Assembly (NCBI GenBank): GCA_038496445.1
Contig: JALMLS010000423.1
Coordinates: 186,001-250,000, forward strand
Source of the DNA: Trichosphaerium sp. ATCC 40318
Taxonomy: Eukaryota > Protista > Tubulinea
Length of the DNA stretch: 64,000 bases
Reading direction: 5' to 3'
Of the stretch, positions 1 through 12,300 are shown in pieces. Made by a program: the position numbers and the translations under genes. The notes beneath the pieces are model-generated. The model saw only the letters and a program-made list of their open reading frames with translations, had not been told where the DNA came from and ran no database searches. How positions within the stretch are numbered: position 1 is the stretch's first letter; every line of letters begins with the position of its first letter.

Positions 1-3000
1 ATTTGCAGAGTACATTGTGTTGTTGAAGGTAGACAACGAAAAAAACCGTGTTTGGATGTTTTTATTCTAATGTTGTTGTTTGTTTAGGACTTAACGAGTT
101 GTGAAGATGTTTCAAAAGAACTTGCATCCAGTTTACAAGAGGTATGTGGTTAAATAAGTCAGTTAAAAAACATTAACGTTATTTTTTTTCAATTTTAAAA
201 GGCATGCTCAATCTTCACTACTATATCCTATCACACGAATAATGAAATGGCTATAGTATCTGAATCTACTCTCACTATTGAGAGAAAAAGAATTTCAGCA
301 CGACATGGTGTTGTCAAGGTATTTATTAACAGAAATGTCCAACCGTTTTTTGTAACTGTTTTTTTCTATGGCAGATATTTGATTCAAAAAAGAAAGTTAT
401 GGTACCAGTCGATTTTTCAAATGTAATAGTAGCAGAAAAGATGGTGGGTTTATCTACAAAAATTGCAGGTAAGCTTGATGCTATAAAGGATCTTGAGGTT
501 TTCACGGTCACATAAAAAATTGTTCACAAGTCGTTAATTTTTTTTAGATTTTTATGCTTGTCATGTCAGTGGTATCAAGTTTTTGATGAAACAATTTGAT
601 TTGAAACCTGAATCTCTCGAATTTTGGAGAAAAGAAGTTGCTATTTTAAATAATCTACCACACCACGCTAATATAATTCGGTACAACAATCAAAATCTTT
701 TTTATTTTTTTACCAGTGAAAACCGAAAGTTGTTTTTTGTTAGAAAACATTGTCACGTGAACTGTTCACACCAAACTTTTAAAAAACGTCCGTGAACACT
801 TATAACAAAGGTGATAGAGCCTGTTTTTTTGTTTTATTTGAACGTACAGTGACACTTTGCTTGTATTTTTTAACCAAGCATTTGTAGTAATAGAGTAATT
901 ACTCAGTTTTGTTGTAGATATGTCTATAGCTCCGAGAAAGGTCAGCAAGTTCGTATCTTCTTGGGTTACTATTCAACAACACTACGCGCCATTTTTGATG
1001 ATAGAAGGGTATGTTTGTAATGATCCTGGGGTGAAACGACATTATATGAACGAAATTCTATTTTTTTCGAATTAACTTTGTTTGTGCTAAATATTACCCT
1101 TGTAGCGGCGAAATGTTCCTTTTACACTTGATGAGATTATTATTTTACTCAAAAATATTCTACGTGGTCTACAATTTTTACATACCTATGATATAGTCTA
1201 CAGGAACCTAAGTATTGACAACGTACGTAGTATTTTTTGTTTTGTGGGTTTTTTTAATGTTTTTTGTATCTACTCGAAAAGTTGTGTATTTTGGTTTAAA
1301 TGTCCGCTGTCAACTGATTACACGCTTTTAGTTATTTGTTGAGAATAATTCTTTGGGTGCTATTGCGACTTGCGTGTTGGGTAATTTAGACTACGCTAAA
1401 CCAATTACAGCCAATATCAAGGCCAAAACCAATATTGGCAAGCCGTGTACGTAATATCGATCGTTGACGTTCAGAAAAAATTGTTCTGATCAAATTCTTA
1501 GCCTACTCTGCTCCAGAAGTACTTGGATCAAAAAACAGAGATAATTACTCATTTTATGCTGACAGTAAGTCCATCAACTTTTTTGCTTGTTAATAAACCA
1601 ACCGGACTGTGTTATTAACACAAGTACACCGAAGACTCGTCTCCTCTAACTTTTGTTAAGTTTGGTCTTTGGGAATGGTTATATACGCTCTAATTAGCTT
1701 AAAAATACCTTATGAATCAAGATCATACAATATACTACCAGAACTTGAAGCTGGACGAACACCACAGCTACCAAAAGGTAATTAACCATCAAGATGAGAC
1801 TTTTATACATAAGAGAACTAAAACATTGTTAGATTTGCCTAAAGAGAAAAAATTCTTGGCGGAACTCTATCGACAATGTACAAATTTTGTTCCTCAGGTA
1901 TGTCACCCTTGATGTTGGTTGCAATACCACATATGTCTGTTCATAACACATACTGATTTATTGAAGGAACGGCCGTCTATAGAAACGCTACAAAAGGCAT
2001 TAATGGAGCGTAAATGCATATCAGAGATTAATAAAAGGACTTTATTCGATGATGATCCTCCTGTAAGGAGGCTTCTTGACATGTTTTTTATTATCGGTCA
2101 AACATCAAAAACAAAGGCACCAGAGATACTTAAACAATACCCAGATGCTCCAGCGTACGCAATAACAAAACTCAAAACTATCTCAAAAAACATTTGAGAA
2201 TCTTTTTCGATGGATTCGTGCTTCGCTCTTTTTCGACTTCCTGGATAACCTTATTGTTAGACGTGTTGGTAATATAACAGGACAGTATGATGACATAACC
2301 GATTTTTGCTTTCCTTGTGGAACAGAGAACCGTAAAAAGGACCAATTTGTGTTTATATACAAGAAGCAAGACAGAAGGATGTTTGCTATTGCAAACCTTC
2401 AAAAGGAAAAAGCTACTGTACGTTAATCTAGTCTTGAGTGTAATTAAAACATCTAACTAAGGAAATAGGACTTTACACTTTGCTTTGTTGTGTTAACAGA
2501 ATTCCCATACATGCAATTCCATTTCTCTGTCCTGAGGAAGCTTGCTTGTACGTCATTTGTTACCCATATATTTTCTTTTCCTTCTTTACAAACTCACGTG
2601 ATTTAGCGTTGTCTCGAGCACCTGGAGGTGGAATGACAGATTTACTTCAAAAGTTACATGATTTTGAAGTACCAAGAGGAGAACTGTGCAGGTTTAAAGC
2701 GAATGGCATTGATTCATTACTTCAGGTATGCCTTAAGAAAGAGCCTTATGTTTTGAATAAACAACTTTTGATGACATTAATTTAGGTGCCTGTTGATGGT
2801 CCGTCTGAGCTTGTTGCTGAGTGGGCGTTCCCTATAATGTTTGCATTTATTCCATTAAAACTATTCGGGAATATCTTGGCGCTATTACTTCAAGAATACT
2901 CTGTTGTATTCACATCCAAGAGACATGTACTTATATCAGCAACAACGTGAGTCACAATTTTTCTTGTTTGATCTTTGTTTGCTCACATTATCGTTTAGAT

Positions 3001-4017
3001 TGGGTATGGCTGTTGCTCTTTCTCCTTATGAATGGCAAGGATACTTGTACCCAGTGCTACCTTATAAGTAAGTTGAAAAAGTGTTTATTTCTTGTGTTAT
3101 AGTTTATTGATTATTTGTTCTAGTTATTCGAGTTATGGTCCTTTTATTGGAGGTCAACTTGGCTCGTCAATTACTCAACAATGGGAGAGCGATAATATTG
3201 TTGTCGTCAATTTAGATAAAGGAACAATAGTATCTCATAAAGGAGCTGCTAGACTGCCAGTAAAGAGCAGTATAGCAACTCTTCCAGTGGAGCTTGAAGT
3301 GTATCCTTTATTTGTCTTATTTTTTGATTTATTTTTGAATTACCACGTGCGTGGCGACTTTGCTTCAATCGCAGCGTGCACCTCGTTATTTTCTTTGACT
3401 CTATGAGACTCCTTGCAGGTCCTGTAGAAGAATTAGAAGATGAAGATAGGATATCAGAAACAGTCAGCGATATAAGGTCTGGTTTGCGTCATTATAGCCG
3501 TGGTTTGATATCAAGGCTTTCAAGTAATTATAAACAACTCACAGCAATACTAACTGATGATTTTGATTTCTTTAACAAAAAGCATATTGACTTGCTTATC
3601 AAGTACGATTTATTTTTTTGAGGTTTTATTTGTATTGGTTTTGTGAGCTTTTTCACGTCAAGCTTGTAGTAATATTTGGATTATACACCCAGTTATTAAT
3701 AATCTATGACGTGTAAACACAAATTTGCTCAACACCTTGCTCACGTGACCTCGCCAAAACTTTTTTCTCTTTTTTACCAGAAGAAAAATTAGCTTTACTT
3801 TCTCTTGCTGGTTTGTTGGTTAGTAACTTCTTTTTATAGTACGCTTGAAGACGATAATGACAAGGCTTTTTATGAGCGGTTCTTTTCAACGTTATTAATA
3901 AGAGCACATTCGGATAAAGTAAAAGAACTATTGACAGCGTCTGCACCTGGTCTAGAAGATGATAGACAAAATGTTTGGGAAACAACATGGCCTGAAGATA
4001 AGCGTGCATCTAACTGA
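1..4017 (+). CDS. Multi-exon protein kinase-like (pseudokinase) domain + DENN domain protein; 5' end outside window
   Basis: Spliced exons give a kinase fold (FLMKQF..FWRKEVAIL..HANII; LRGLQFLHTYDIVYRNLSIDN; LGNLDYAK; YSAPEVL; WSLGMV; ERPS). These are followed by DENN motifs (DFCFPCG; LCFVVLTEFPY; LALLLQEYSVVFTS; LSPYEWQGYLYPVLP; GPFIGG; FYERFFSTLL). Stop TAA at 4015-4017. Confidence 0.8.
3301..3407 (+). other. U12-type (minor spliceosome) GT-AG intron candidate
   Basis: 5' end GTATCCTTT, branch-like TTCTTTGAC, and AG ending 9 nt after the branch A. This junction keeps the frame (ELEV-LLAGPVEE). Confidence 0.7.
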
Positions 4018-4543
4018 ACTTGGTGCACATAGATACATAGATACATAAATAAGCGTACTATGTCGTTTATGTATCAAAAGGAGGAGATAACACACAACGG
4101 TTAAAAGAATTTCCGGTTAAAAGAAACTTGGGTTTTGGATCAAAAAATCGGGCCGCAGTATTTTTTGACAGGAAAACTCACCCAAAAAAAAACCCTTTTT
4201 ACTCCCACTTGTACAATAGCAAACAAAAATATTTCCTCACTACAAGTGCACAATAGTTACACAACTGTTTTTTTGCTCGACCTTTTTTTTTATTGTGGCA
4301 TTTTTGGGCGCCACTATTTTCTCCGGTGTGAGTTATTTTCTTCACACGCGCTGTCGATAAGAAGTGTAAATTGACGTATTATACTGATACGTAATTCGTG
4401 TGGAAGTAATTAATATCCCGAGCTTTCCAGTTTTTATCAAAAAAGTCAACGGGGGTAATTAAATAGTTCATCCACCGGCCAAAATATTTTGTGTACTCTT
4501 TTTGTATTTCATTAAAAAGCAAACAGACGTTACAACAGCAAAG

Positions 4544-7349
4544 ATGAGTTCATCAGAAGCATCGTCCGGTGAAGAGACAGAGTACAGTGAGCAAGAGGAA
4601 GTATCTGCGCACGAAGAAAGTGAAATGCAAGAAATCGGAGAAGAGAAGCCTAAACGACGTAACAAGAATAAAAAAGCGCGAGCCGAGCAGCCTATGACAC
4701 AAGGAGATGAAATGGAACGTTTCGAAGATGACACTTCAGATGACGTATCAATTACACTACCAGTACTTGATGAGACTGCTCTGCAATACGAAAAAGTAAG
4801 TTTGACAGCCGACTTGAGTTGGGAGGGAGTTAAATTTCGTTCTTCGCCAACGAAGAAATACATGTGCTGCGGGCCAGTAAAACCATCAAGAACAATCCTA
4901 AACGGTACGATTAGTACAAAATTACGCACTACTCCCCAGCAACAAACTGACCTTTTACATCAGATTTGGAAGGTGCTATACCAGCTGGTACACTTTTAGC
5001 AGTTATGGGGCCTTCGGGTGCAGGCAAAGTACGGCTTTTTGGCAATTTGTACCCGAAAACACCGAAACTAATCGTAATATTTTAGACAACTTTAATGGAT
5101 ATTTTGGCGAATAAATTGAAAGCATCAGAAGGAAATGTTGCTGTAAATAACAAGTACGTGAATAGCTGCCTCCTTCCAAATAAACCTTCCTTGGATGGAG
5201 ACCTTGCTTAAAACGAGAGATACTTAAATGTTTACTTAGGATGATTTCCCCAAAAAGACCTTTTATAAAACAGGTACGTTCTTTTTTCTCTTTTTTTTTC
5301 ACGTGATCATTTTTTTTTTCTTTATTTTTGCTCATCTTATTTAGTCGTATGTAAAACAAGAGGATGTTTTAATGGATACACTATCTGTTAGAGAGCTATT
5401 AAAATTTTCAGCGCAACTAAGACTTCCAAAAGAACTACCACTCAAAGAAAAGCTCGCAAGAGTACGACCGCTTTTTTCCACTTTTCTTTTAACACTCATT
5501 AAGGTTGACGGCGTCATTAAAGAGTTGGGTCTTAGTAAATGTCAAAATACACGTATCGGAAATAAAGCAGAAGGCAATGCAGGAATTAGCGGAGGTGAAA
5601 GGTTCGTGTAGAGTAACGACAACTGTAACTTTTTTTCTGACGTTTCTATTTTTAGAAAAAGAGCATCAGTTGCAATTGAATTATTGACTGATCCAAGTAT
5701 TCTATTTCTTGATGAACCAACTTCTGGATTAGATTCAGAAACATCTTATCACTTAGTAAAAACATTAGAAAAGATTGCCAACTCTGGAAGAACAGTAATA
5801 AGTACAATCCATCAGGTACACTTTTTTTACCAATACGAGCCTAACATCTTTTAGCCTTCATCAGATACTTTCAAAGTATTTCAGTCCCTTCTTCTTATTG
5901 TAGATGGTAACATAGCATACCTTGGACCACGAAAGGATGCGGTAAAGTACTTTGCCCGCTTAGGATATGTTTGTCCAACCTACACAAATCCAGCCGACTA
6001 TTTCTGTACGTTCATTGAACTACTTTTGTACATTTTGTTTACACGATCACGTGGACTTTTGCTTTTGTTTACCAATTAAACCTAACTTTATTTACTAGTG
6101 AAGATTCTTCAGGAAGCAGATAAAAAACCTAAGATCATAGCGGCATGGAAGAAGAAACAACAAAAGGAAAACAAAAAAAAGAAGAAAAATAATGATGTCA
6201 AGAAAGTAGGCAGTGATGGAAAATGGCCAAAGAAACGTAGTCAATACGAAGCATCAATGTGGACTCAATTATATCTCCTAACAAGGAGAGCGTTTATTGG
6301 AAATTTCAGAAATCCACTGAAGACATTCGCCAGACTTGGTCAAGCTATTGTGCTTGGTCTTCTGTTTGGTTTTGCATACTTTCAAATAGACACATCTCAA
6401 GAAAGTATACAGGATAGGGTTGGCGTTATGTTCGTTAGTCTAATTACTATCGCTTTTTCAAATATGATGAACGCTATTTATTCATGTACGTCCCACAAAT
6501 ACGATACCCCATTTTCTTGTTTTTTTCTTGTTTTTGCTTCAAAGAGCTTACTCTTTCTCTAGTCCCTGCTGAAAAGGAGATTCTTATACGAGAGTATTCT
6601 TCTAGTACATATTCGCTGTTTCCGTATCTACTATCAAAGACAGTGGCAGATTTACCCTTCACAGTGTTCTTTAGCTTTTTATACTGTTGTATTGCATACT
6701 GGACTATTGGACTTCAAACTGATGGATTGTCTTTCATGTATTTTAGTGTACGAACATTTCTTTTGCTTCTTAACCCTACCATGAAACTCATTTATCTATT
6801 TAGATCGTTGTAATTCTTGCATCCCTCATATCTGAGTCGATAGGATTGTTTGCAGCGTCAATGTCTGATGATGTTAATTTTGCTTCTTCCATTGCACCTC
6901 TTTTAATGATTCCTTTCATTCTCTTTGGAGGGTTATTCCAAAACGCTGATTCTGTTCCTCCGTACTTTGTTTGGATACAAGCTACATCATTTGTCAAGTA
7001 TTCATTTGAAATCATGGCGGTTAGAGGTAAGAATTCATCGTTTTCTTATTGTTGTTACGAGTTTTTTTCTCACTTACCCTTAGAATTCACTGGATTGACA
7101 TTCACTTGTGACAACCCAATAGTAAGCATTGATAACACAACTACCTGTCCGACATCTGTAGGGTACGTACAATTTTACTTGCCAGAAAACCAAGTACTCA
7201 CTTTTTGTTTTAGCGAACAAGTTATTGACTTGTATGGCTTTGAGAGTGGGAATATCGCAAGGAATTTCGCTCTTCTAGCATTATTTTTGGTAGTATGGCG
7301 TGGAGCTTCTTTCCTATTGCTATGGAATAGAATGAGAAAGGTCAAATAA
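4544..7349 (+). CDS. ABC transporter subfamily G (White-like) half transporter, multi-exon
   Basis: Walker A GPSGAGK/TT, signature ISGGE/RKR, Walker [19 protein letters not shown] and NPADY, followed by an ABC2-type membrane domain ([28 protein letters not shown]). Confidence 0.95.
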
Positions 7350-7544
7350 GCACATGTACAGCATAATCAAAAACTCAATTTGTAAATAAACCAATCGATT
7401 AAAAAGACCCGTATTGGATAGCGAATATTGTCAACGAAGGTGTCCATAAGTGAACTAGTAAGCATCATGAAATCCTTCATCGAAGAGAAGGAGGCGAAAC
7501 TAAAGTTTGAAAGTGAAGGGTGGGTGCATTTATTTTTGGTTCTT

Positions 7545-8680
7545 TTAAAAGTCAATACAACAGCGTGTTTTTCCTTTGAAGTCTTTCTCACATCCAGCGT
7601 AACATTCGAACATGTGTTGTTGTACTGCATATTGCTCAGCACAAAGAGAGTAACACTGGCACTTGTTATTGATGGTAGGGTTTACGGTATCTACGATTCT
7701 ATCCATCATTGGATCTTTCATGTGTTTTGGTTTGTTAGTCATTTGCCCTGGATTGGAAACCATGTGCCCTGGATTAGTTTTCTGTGCTACTTCGCAGGTA
7801 TCAACACAAGTTATAAAATCATCTATTGAAGTCTGAAGAGCGTCACATTGATCAACGCAACTGATTGATTTCATGGGCGTATTGTTTTGCTCCTTGTTCA
7901 TCATGTCAGGTTGTTGGTTCATGTTGTTATGAAAGTAATCGGGCGAACATATTGTTGGGCATTGAGAAATTGATGGATGGTATCTATAGCAATCGTCAAC
8001 ACACTGCTCTTTATCCTACAAGCGTAATCAGTCATCAATCAAACGAAACATAAGAAATAAAAAAGCAACAACGAAAACTGTCTTTAAAAAAAAGTGATTT
8101 TAAATTGGTAAAACTAAAGGGATTTTGATGCGAGGCCTGTTTCTTACAGCCGCGGCTGATTTCAACACAGTCAGACAAAAAAATGTCACAAAAAAAAGAC
8201 TAGCGGCAGCTTTTGGTGGTTACAGCTTGCGCTCTAGTATTAGCGCTGCTACTCTTTTTGATAAGAACTTCGATTAAAATGGCATTTTCCATTTTTGGTT
8301 GTTGCGGCAATGTTCATTTACCGACAATGATTGTAGCATTCGCGTACCTTTGGTGTGCAACTTGTTTCGCATTCTCCGCTTGAAGTTGTACCTTGAGTGC
8401 GGGTGACGCAAGTTTCTACGCAAGTTTGACGAGGAGCTTGCTATAACAGCTGCGTTAGTGTAATACTACACGTAAGATGGACGAGGGAGCAAGCGTAAAC
8501 TTGTTTTCGAAAAAGATTCGTTTGTTTGATCAAAAGAGCGCTTACGACATCGTATGGTAAAGTACGTTGGCTACTGCTCATGCTGTTGCTGTTTTTGTCG
8601 TTAGGGTCTACCATGCTTAGACTTTGAGCTGACAGACAGAGGAATAGCACTAACAGTGCTGTAAATGTGAGAGTGTTCAT
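7545..8680 (-). CDS. Secreted cysteine-rich protein with repeated CxxxC motifs (multi-exon; internal exons and 3' end uncertain)
   Basis: Signal peptide MNTLTFTALLVLFLCLSAQS. Exons carry CVETC, CETSC, CYNHC, CVDDC, CPTIC, CVDQC, CVDTC, CYSLC and CYAGC. Confidence 0.65.
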
Positions 8681-9308
8681 GTTGTTGTTTTTGTTCGTGA
8701 GGGTGTGATTGTGATTTTGGTGTGAACTTGTTTTAGAAATTGCCACCCAAATTCTTCGGGTTAATTCCTTTTTTGCTTTTTGCTCGCACACAGCGTTATC
8801 ATCGTCTTATGTTGAAACCTATAGCCAATCTTACCTTGTTTGTGATCATTTAAACATCAGCATCCTCAGTAAGATTCGCGACTGGATGGCTAGGGTTAAT
8901 AAATAAAAGCAAAACGTTTTCATTATTGCTATGGAATTGACCTGAATACTAACTCAATAGTTCCTTTTTTTTTTAGAATAAGAGGCAGCGCGCTAGCGCC
9001 TACTTTATTACATATGGTTTTGTTACAGGTTTGTTTGTTTACATTGTATAAAAATAAAATAAATTTATTGTGCAATAAGTTCCTTCTCAACAGTATACCG
9101 ACGTATTGACATAAATAGAATTATTAGAAGCAAGTAATACGATATAATAAAAGAAGAAGAAGGGGGGTTGGGGGGGAAGTTTCCCCCCAAATAAAAAGAA
9201 AATCACTTTAATATAAAAACCACACACTAAGTGCGGTAACTAGGTATAGGGAGCGCCAACGGCTCCAAATTTGCAAAGCAAATTAGGAGGGAACGCGACC
9301 CATGATGT

Positions 9309-12300
9309 CTAGTTGTAAATTGAACCTAGTCTAAGTACAGGTTTGGAGATTCTTCTAGCGTTAGTAGGTTGTAAATATTTACTCAAAATAATTGTACCAT
9401 CTGGTAATATATCGTCAATTCCGCTTCCAACAATAAATGCAGGTGTATTAATTTGTAGTCTCCGCAAGCTATTCTGTTCTGACACTACATTTGTATAATC
9501 CATTTGAACGTGGCATTTGAATCTGTCAGTTGTCCATCTATTTGTGGTCTCATTCTTGTATATCCAATCAACTTTTTTTATTGTTCCATTGTAAGTAGCA
9601 ATAATCATCCAATTAATATATTTGTATCTGATCTGTTGTCCTGATAACCATTTACCTACAGGTACACCATGTTTAATATCATTTCTAATGATCCAAGTTA
9701 TCGCCAAAATTATTCCTATTTCCAAAAGGTGATGTACTGATTTGCAATTTTCCAGCGATACTTTTAGTGACACATCTGGTTTACAAAATGATAATAGATC
9801 AAAAACAACTTCCATTATCTTGCTGGGTATCGACCAGTCAAAAAATATTTCTTCGTGCTTCTCTGGTGGGAATGCATCTTTTTTGTGCGTAACAGGGAGA
9901 CATCTCATAATAAATCTCCATAATATATCTCTAATGTAACTTACACCTTTAAATTTGTTTAGTAGCTTGAGTATCATTGAGTTAAGGATAAAATTTTTCC
10001 TAAAATGAGGTTTTAAACGTGGAATGATTTTGTTACGTAAAATATTTGTAAAAAATTTTACTTTTCTGAATTTGTTTTCTGGTTTTATGTTAAATGATTC
10101 AAAAGAAACTCGGCACAAAGAACTTAGCTGTGACCCATCTTTCCATGCCTGTGAATATATTGTATCAATCGCCAAGTGCCGTTCCCACAACGATGCTTTA
10201 AATGCATTGCTTATTTGCGCAATCGAACTGAGAGAAAAACCTCCCAAGGAGAATGGAAGTGACAGTTGCGTCCAAGATACATGACAATAGACCTTCTTCT
10301 TGTCAAAGACACGTGATACATCCCAAAGAAACCAGTTGCACACATTGATAATTTTGGCAGTTGCACTAGGAGGGATTGAAAGAGGCCTGGTGAAGTAGAT
10401 TAGTTGAGATTGAGCATACGATTTAAAAACATTGATTTTTTGTCGAATTGTTTTACACAGCGGCTTCCACTTTACTAGTTGTACTGTTATTTTGTCTATT
10501 GCTTTGTTCCAATCAAAATTCAAGCCGTCATCACTCAAAGTAAAGCCGAGATACCTGATACTAGTACCTGTATCGAACACTTTACTTTTATCATTATCCA
10601 AGCCTGAGATGTTTGCTTGAAAGCATTTCTTTTCGTTAATCTGAAGACCAGTTGCTTTTCCATATCTTGTTAACCAATAATTCATTTCATCAATATCATC
10701 TATGGAGCTAGCTAATAATAACAGATCGTCAGCAAAGAACAGGTTTTTAAGCCAATTCTTTAGACTCATCTCGGCACCCTTGATATAAGCTTCATGATTT
10801 ATGATCCAGTTGAGCGGTTCCACCATTAGTGCGAAGAAATAAGGGCTTATAGGATTTCCTTGACCTGTACCTCTCTTTGTACAAAAGGTTTCTTTGCTAA
10901 CGACATTGTTGATTCTTACTTGAACATCTAATTTGAGAGCTTGAACTAACATTTTAGCAATCTTGTCAGAGAATCCTATTTTTGTTAGGAATAATTTTAG
11001 CGCAATATGGCTACAGGAATCGAAAGCTTTTTTGAAATCATATGCAATCATCCTCAACCATTTCGAGTGCTTCTTGTTGTAGGCTATGGTTTCTAGAGCA
11101 GCTATGACATTGTCAACAATATCCCTTCCTGGTATGAAACCATTCTGGGTTTTGAGGATAATTTTTGACATGAGAGGTGTCAAGCGATTGTAGAAAACCT
11201 TCATTAAAATTTTGTAATCAACGTTAGTAAGAGTTATAGGACGGTAGTTAGCCATCAATTTGGGATCTCCTTTTTTGAAAATAGGAATAATCGTACCCTT
11301 ACATAGAAACTGATCTACACAACCTTGTTTGATAAATGTATTAAATAGACTTGTAAGTGACGGAACAAAAGTTTCCTTCATAGATTTGTATACGCACGCT
11401 GATAAGCCATCTGGGCCTGGAGCTTTATTAGAAGGCATGTTGTTTATTACTTCTTCTATTTCTTCTTCTTCAATAGGAACATTTAGTTGTTCTTCCAATT
11501 CTACAAAGGACTTAGGTTTCCATAAACTACTTACTTGGTTAAGGACTTCTTCATCTATTTTAAGGTCGTCATATAGATTTTTGTAAAATCTGACACTTGT
11601 TGAAAGTATTTCTTTTATATCTTTTGAAGACGTGTTGTTCCATGTGCACTTTAGTTCTTCAACTATTCTAGCGGAATTTCTGCCTTTTAATATCCTTGTT
11701 AGCTGAGCAGATGGTATTTCATTGTGTTTGTCTTTATCGATAGATGCCGCCACACAGGTAAATTCTTTCTTTTCTTTGGTGAGTTTATTGTATTCTAATA
11801 GGTCTTTCATAGTAGCTGTGTGTTTATTTGATAGAGTCGCTGCTAGCACATTGATTCGTGCGTTCTTTTTGAATAATAGATTGCGTTGATTTTTACTAAA
11901 TCTAGTTATTAGTTCATTCTTATCACGTACATAATCGCTTGGAGAAGGACCAAATGTTAAATCACACGTTTTAGTGGCTTTGTGTACTTCCTTGAAAAGA
12001 ACTGGATTAATGCGAAAAGGACAAGGGAGTCGAGGACCGAATTCAAAAGAAGCAAGTAAAATCGAGTGATCAAGTTCAAAAATTGGCATGCAGGGCTGAA
12101 ACTAAATAAGGCTTTTTTTACAAAAGCCATTTTTTTGCCACCAAATACAGCCTTATTTTTCATCAAATTGCCTTGTTTTTGCCAAAAAAAATGAGCAAAT
12201 ATGAGGCATTGCCTTGTAATTTTGGGCTTTGGAGCCTCATATTTGGGCCAAATAGCAAGCAACTGGTTCACTAATTAGCCTTAAAATAGCCTGCATTGTT

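Noticed and set aside
4027-4126. Short direct repeats (ACATAGAT x2-3; CGGTTAAAAGAA x2)
   Set aside because: Too short and too few to assign a function; not a CRISPR array.
8800-8947. tRNA gene next to the LINE (TRE-like targeting)
   Set aside because: A small hairpin at ~8860-8892 only; no cloverleaf or A/B boxes.
11957-12271. 104-aa ORF in the TIR element as a possible transposase
   Set aside because: No DDE-like motifs; it crosses the element boundary and consists of subterminal repeats.
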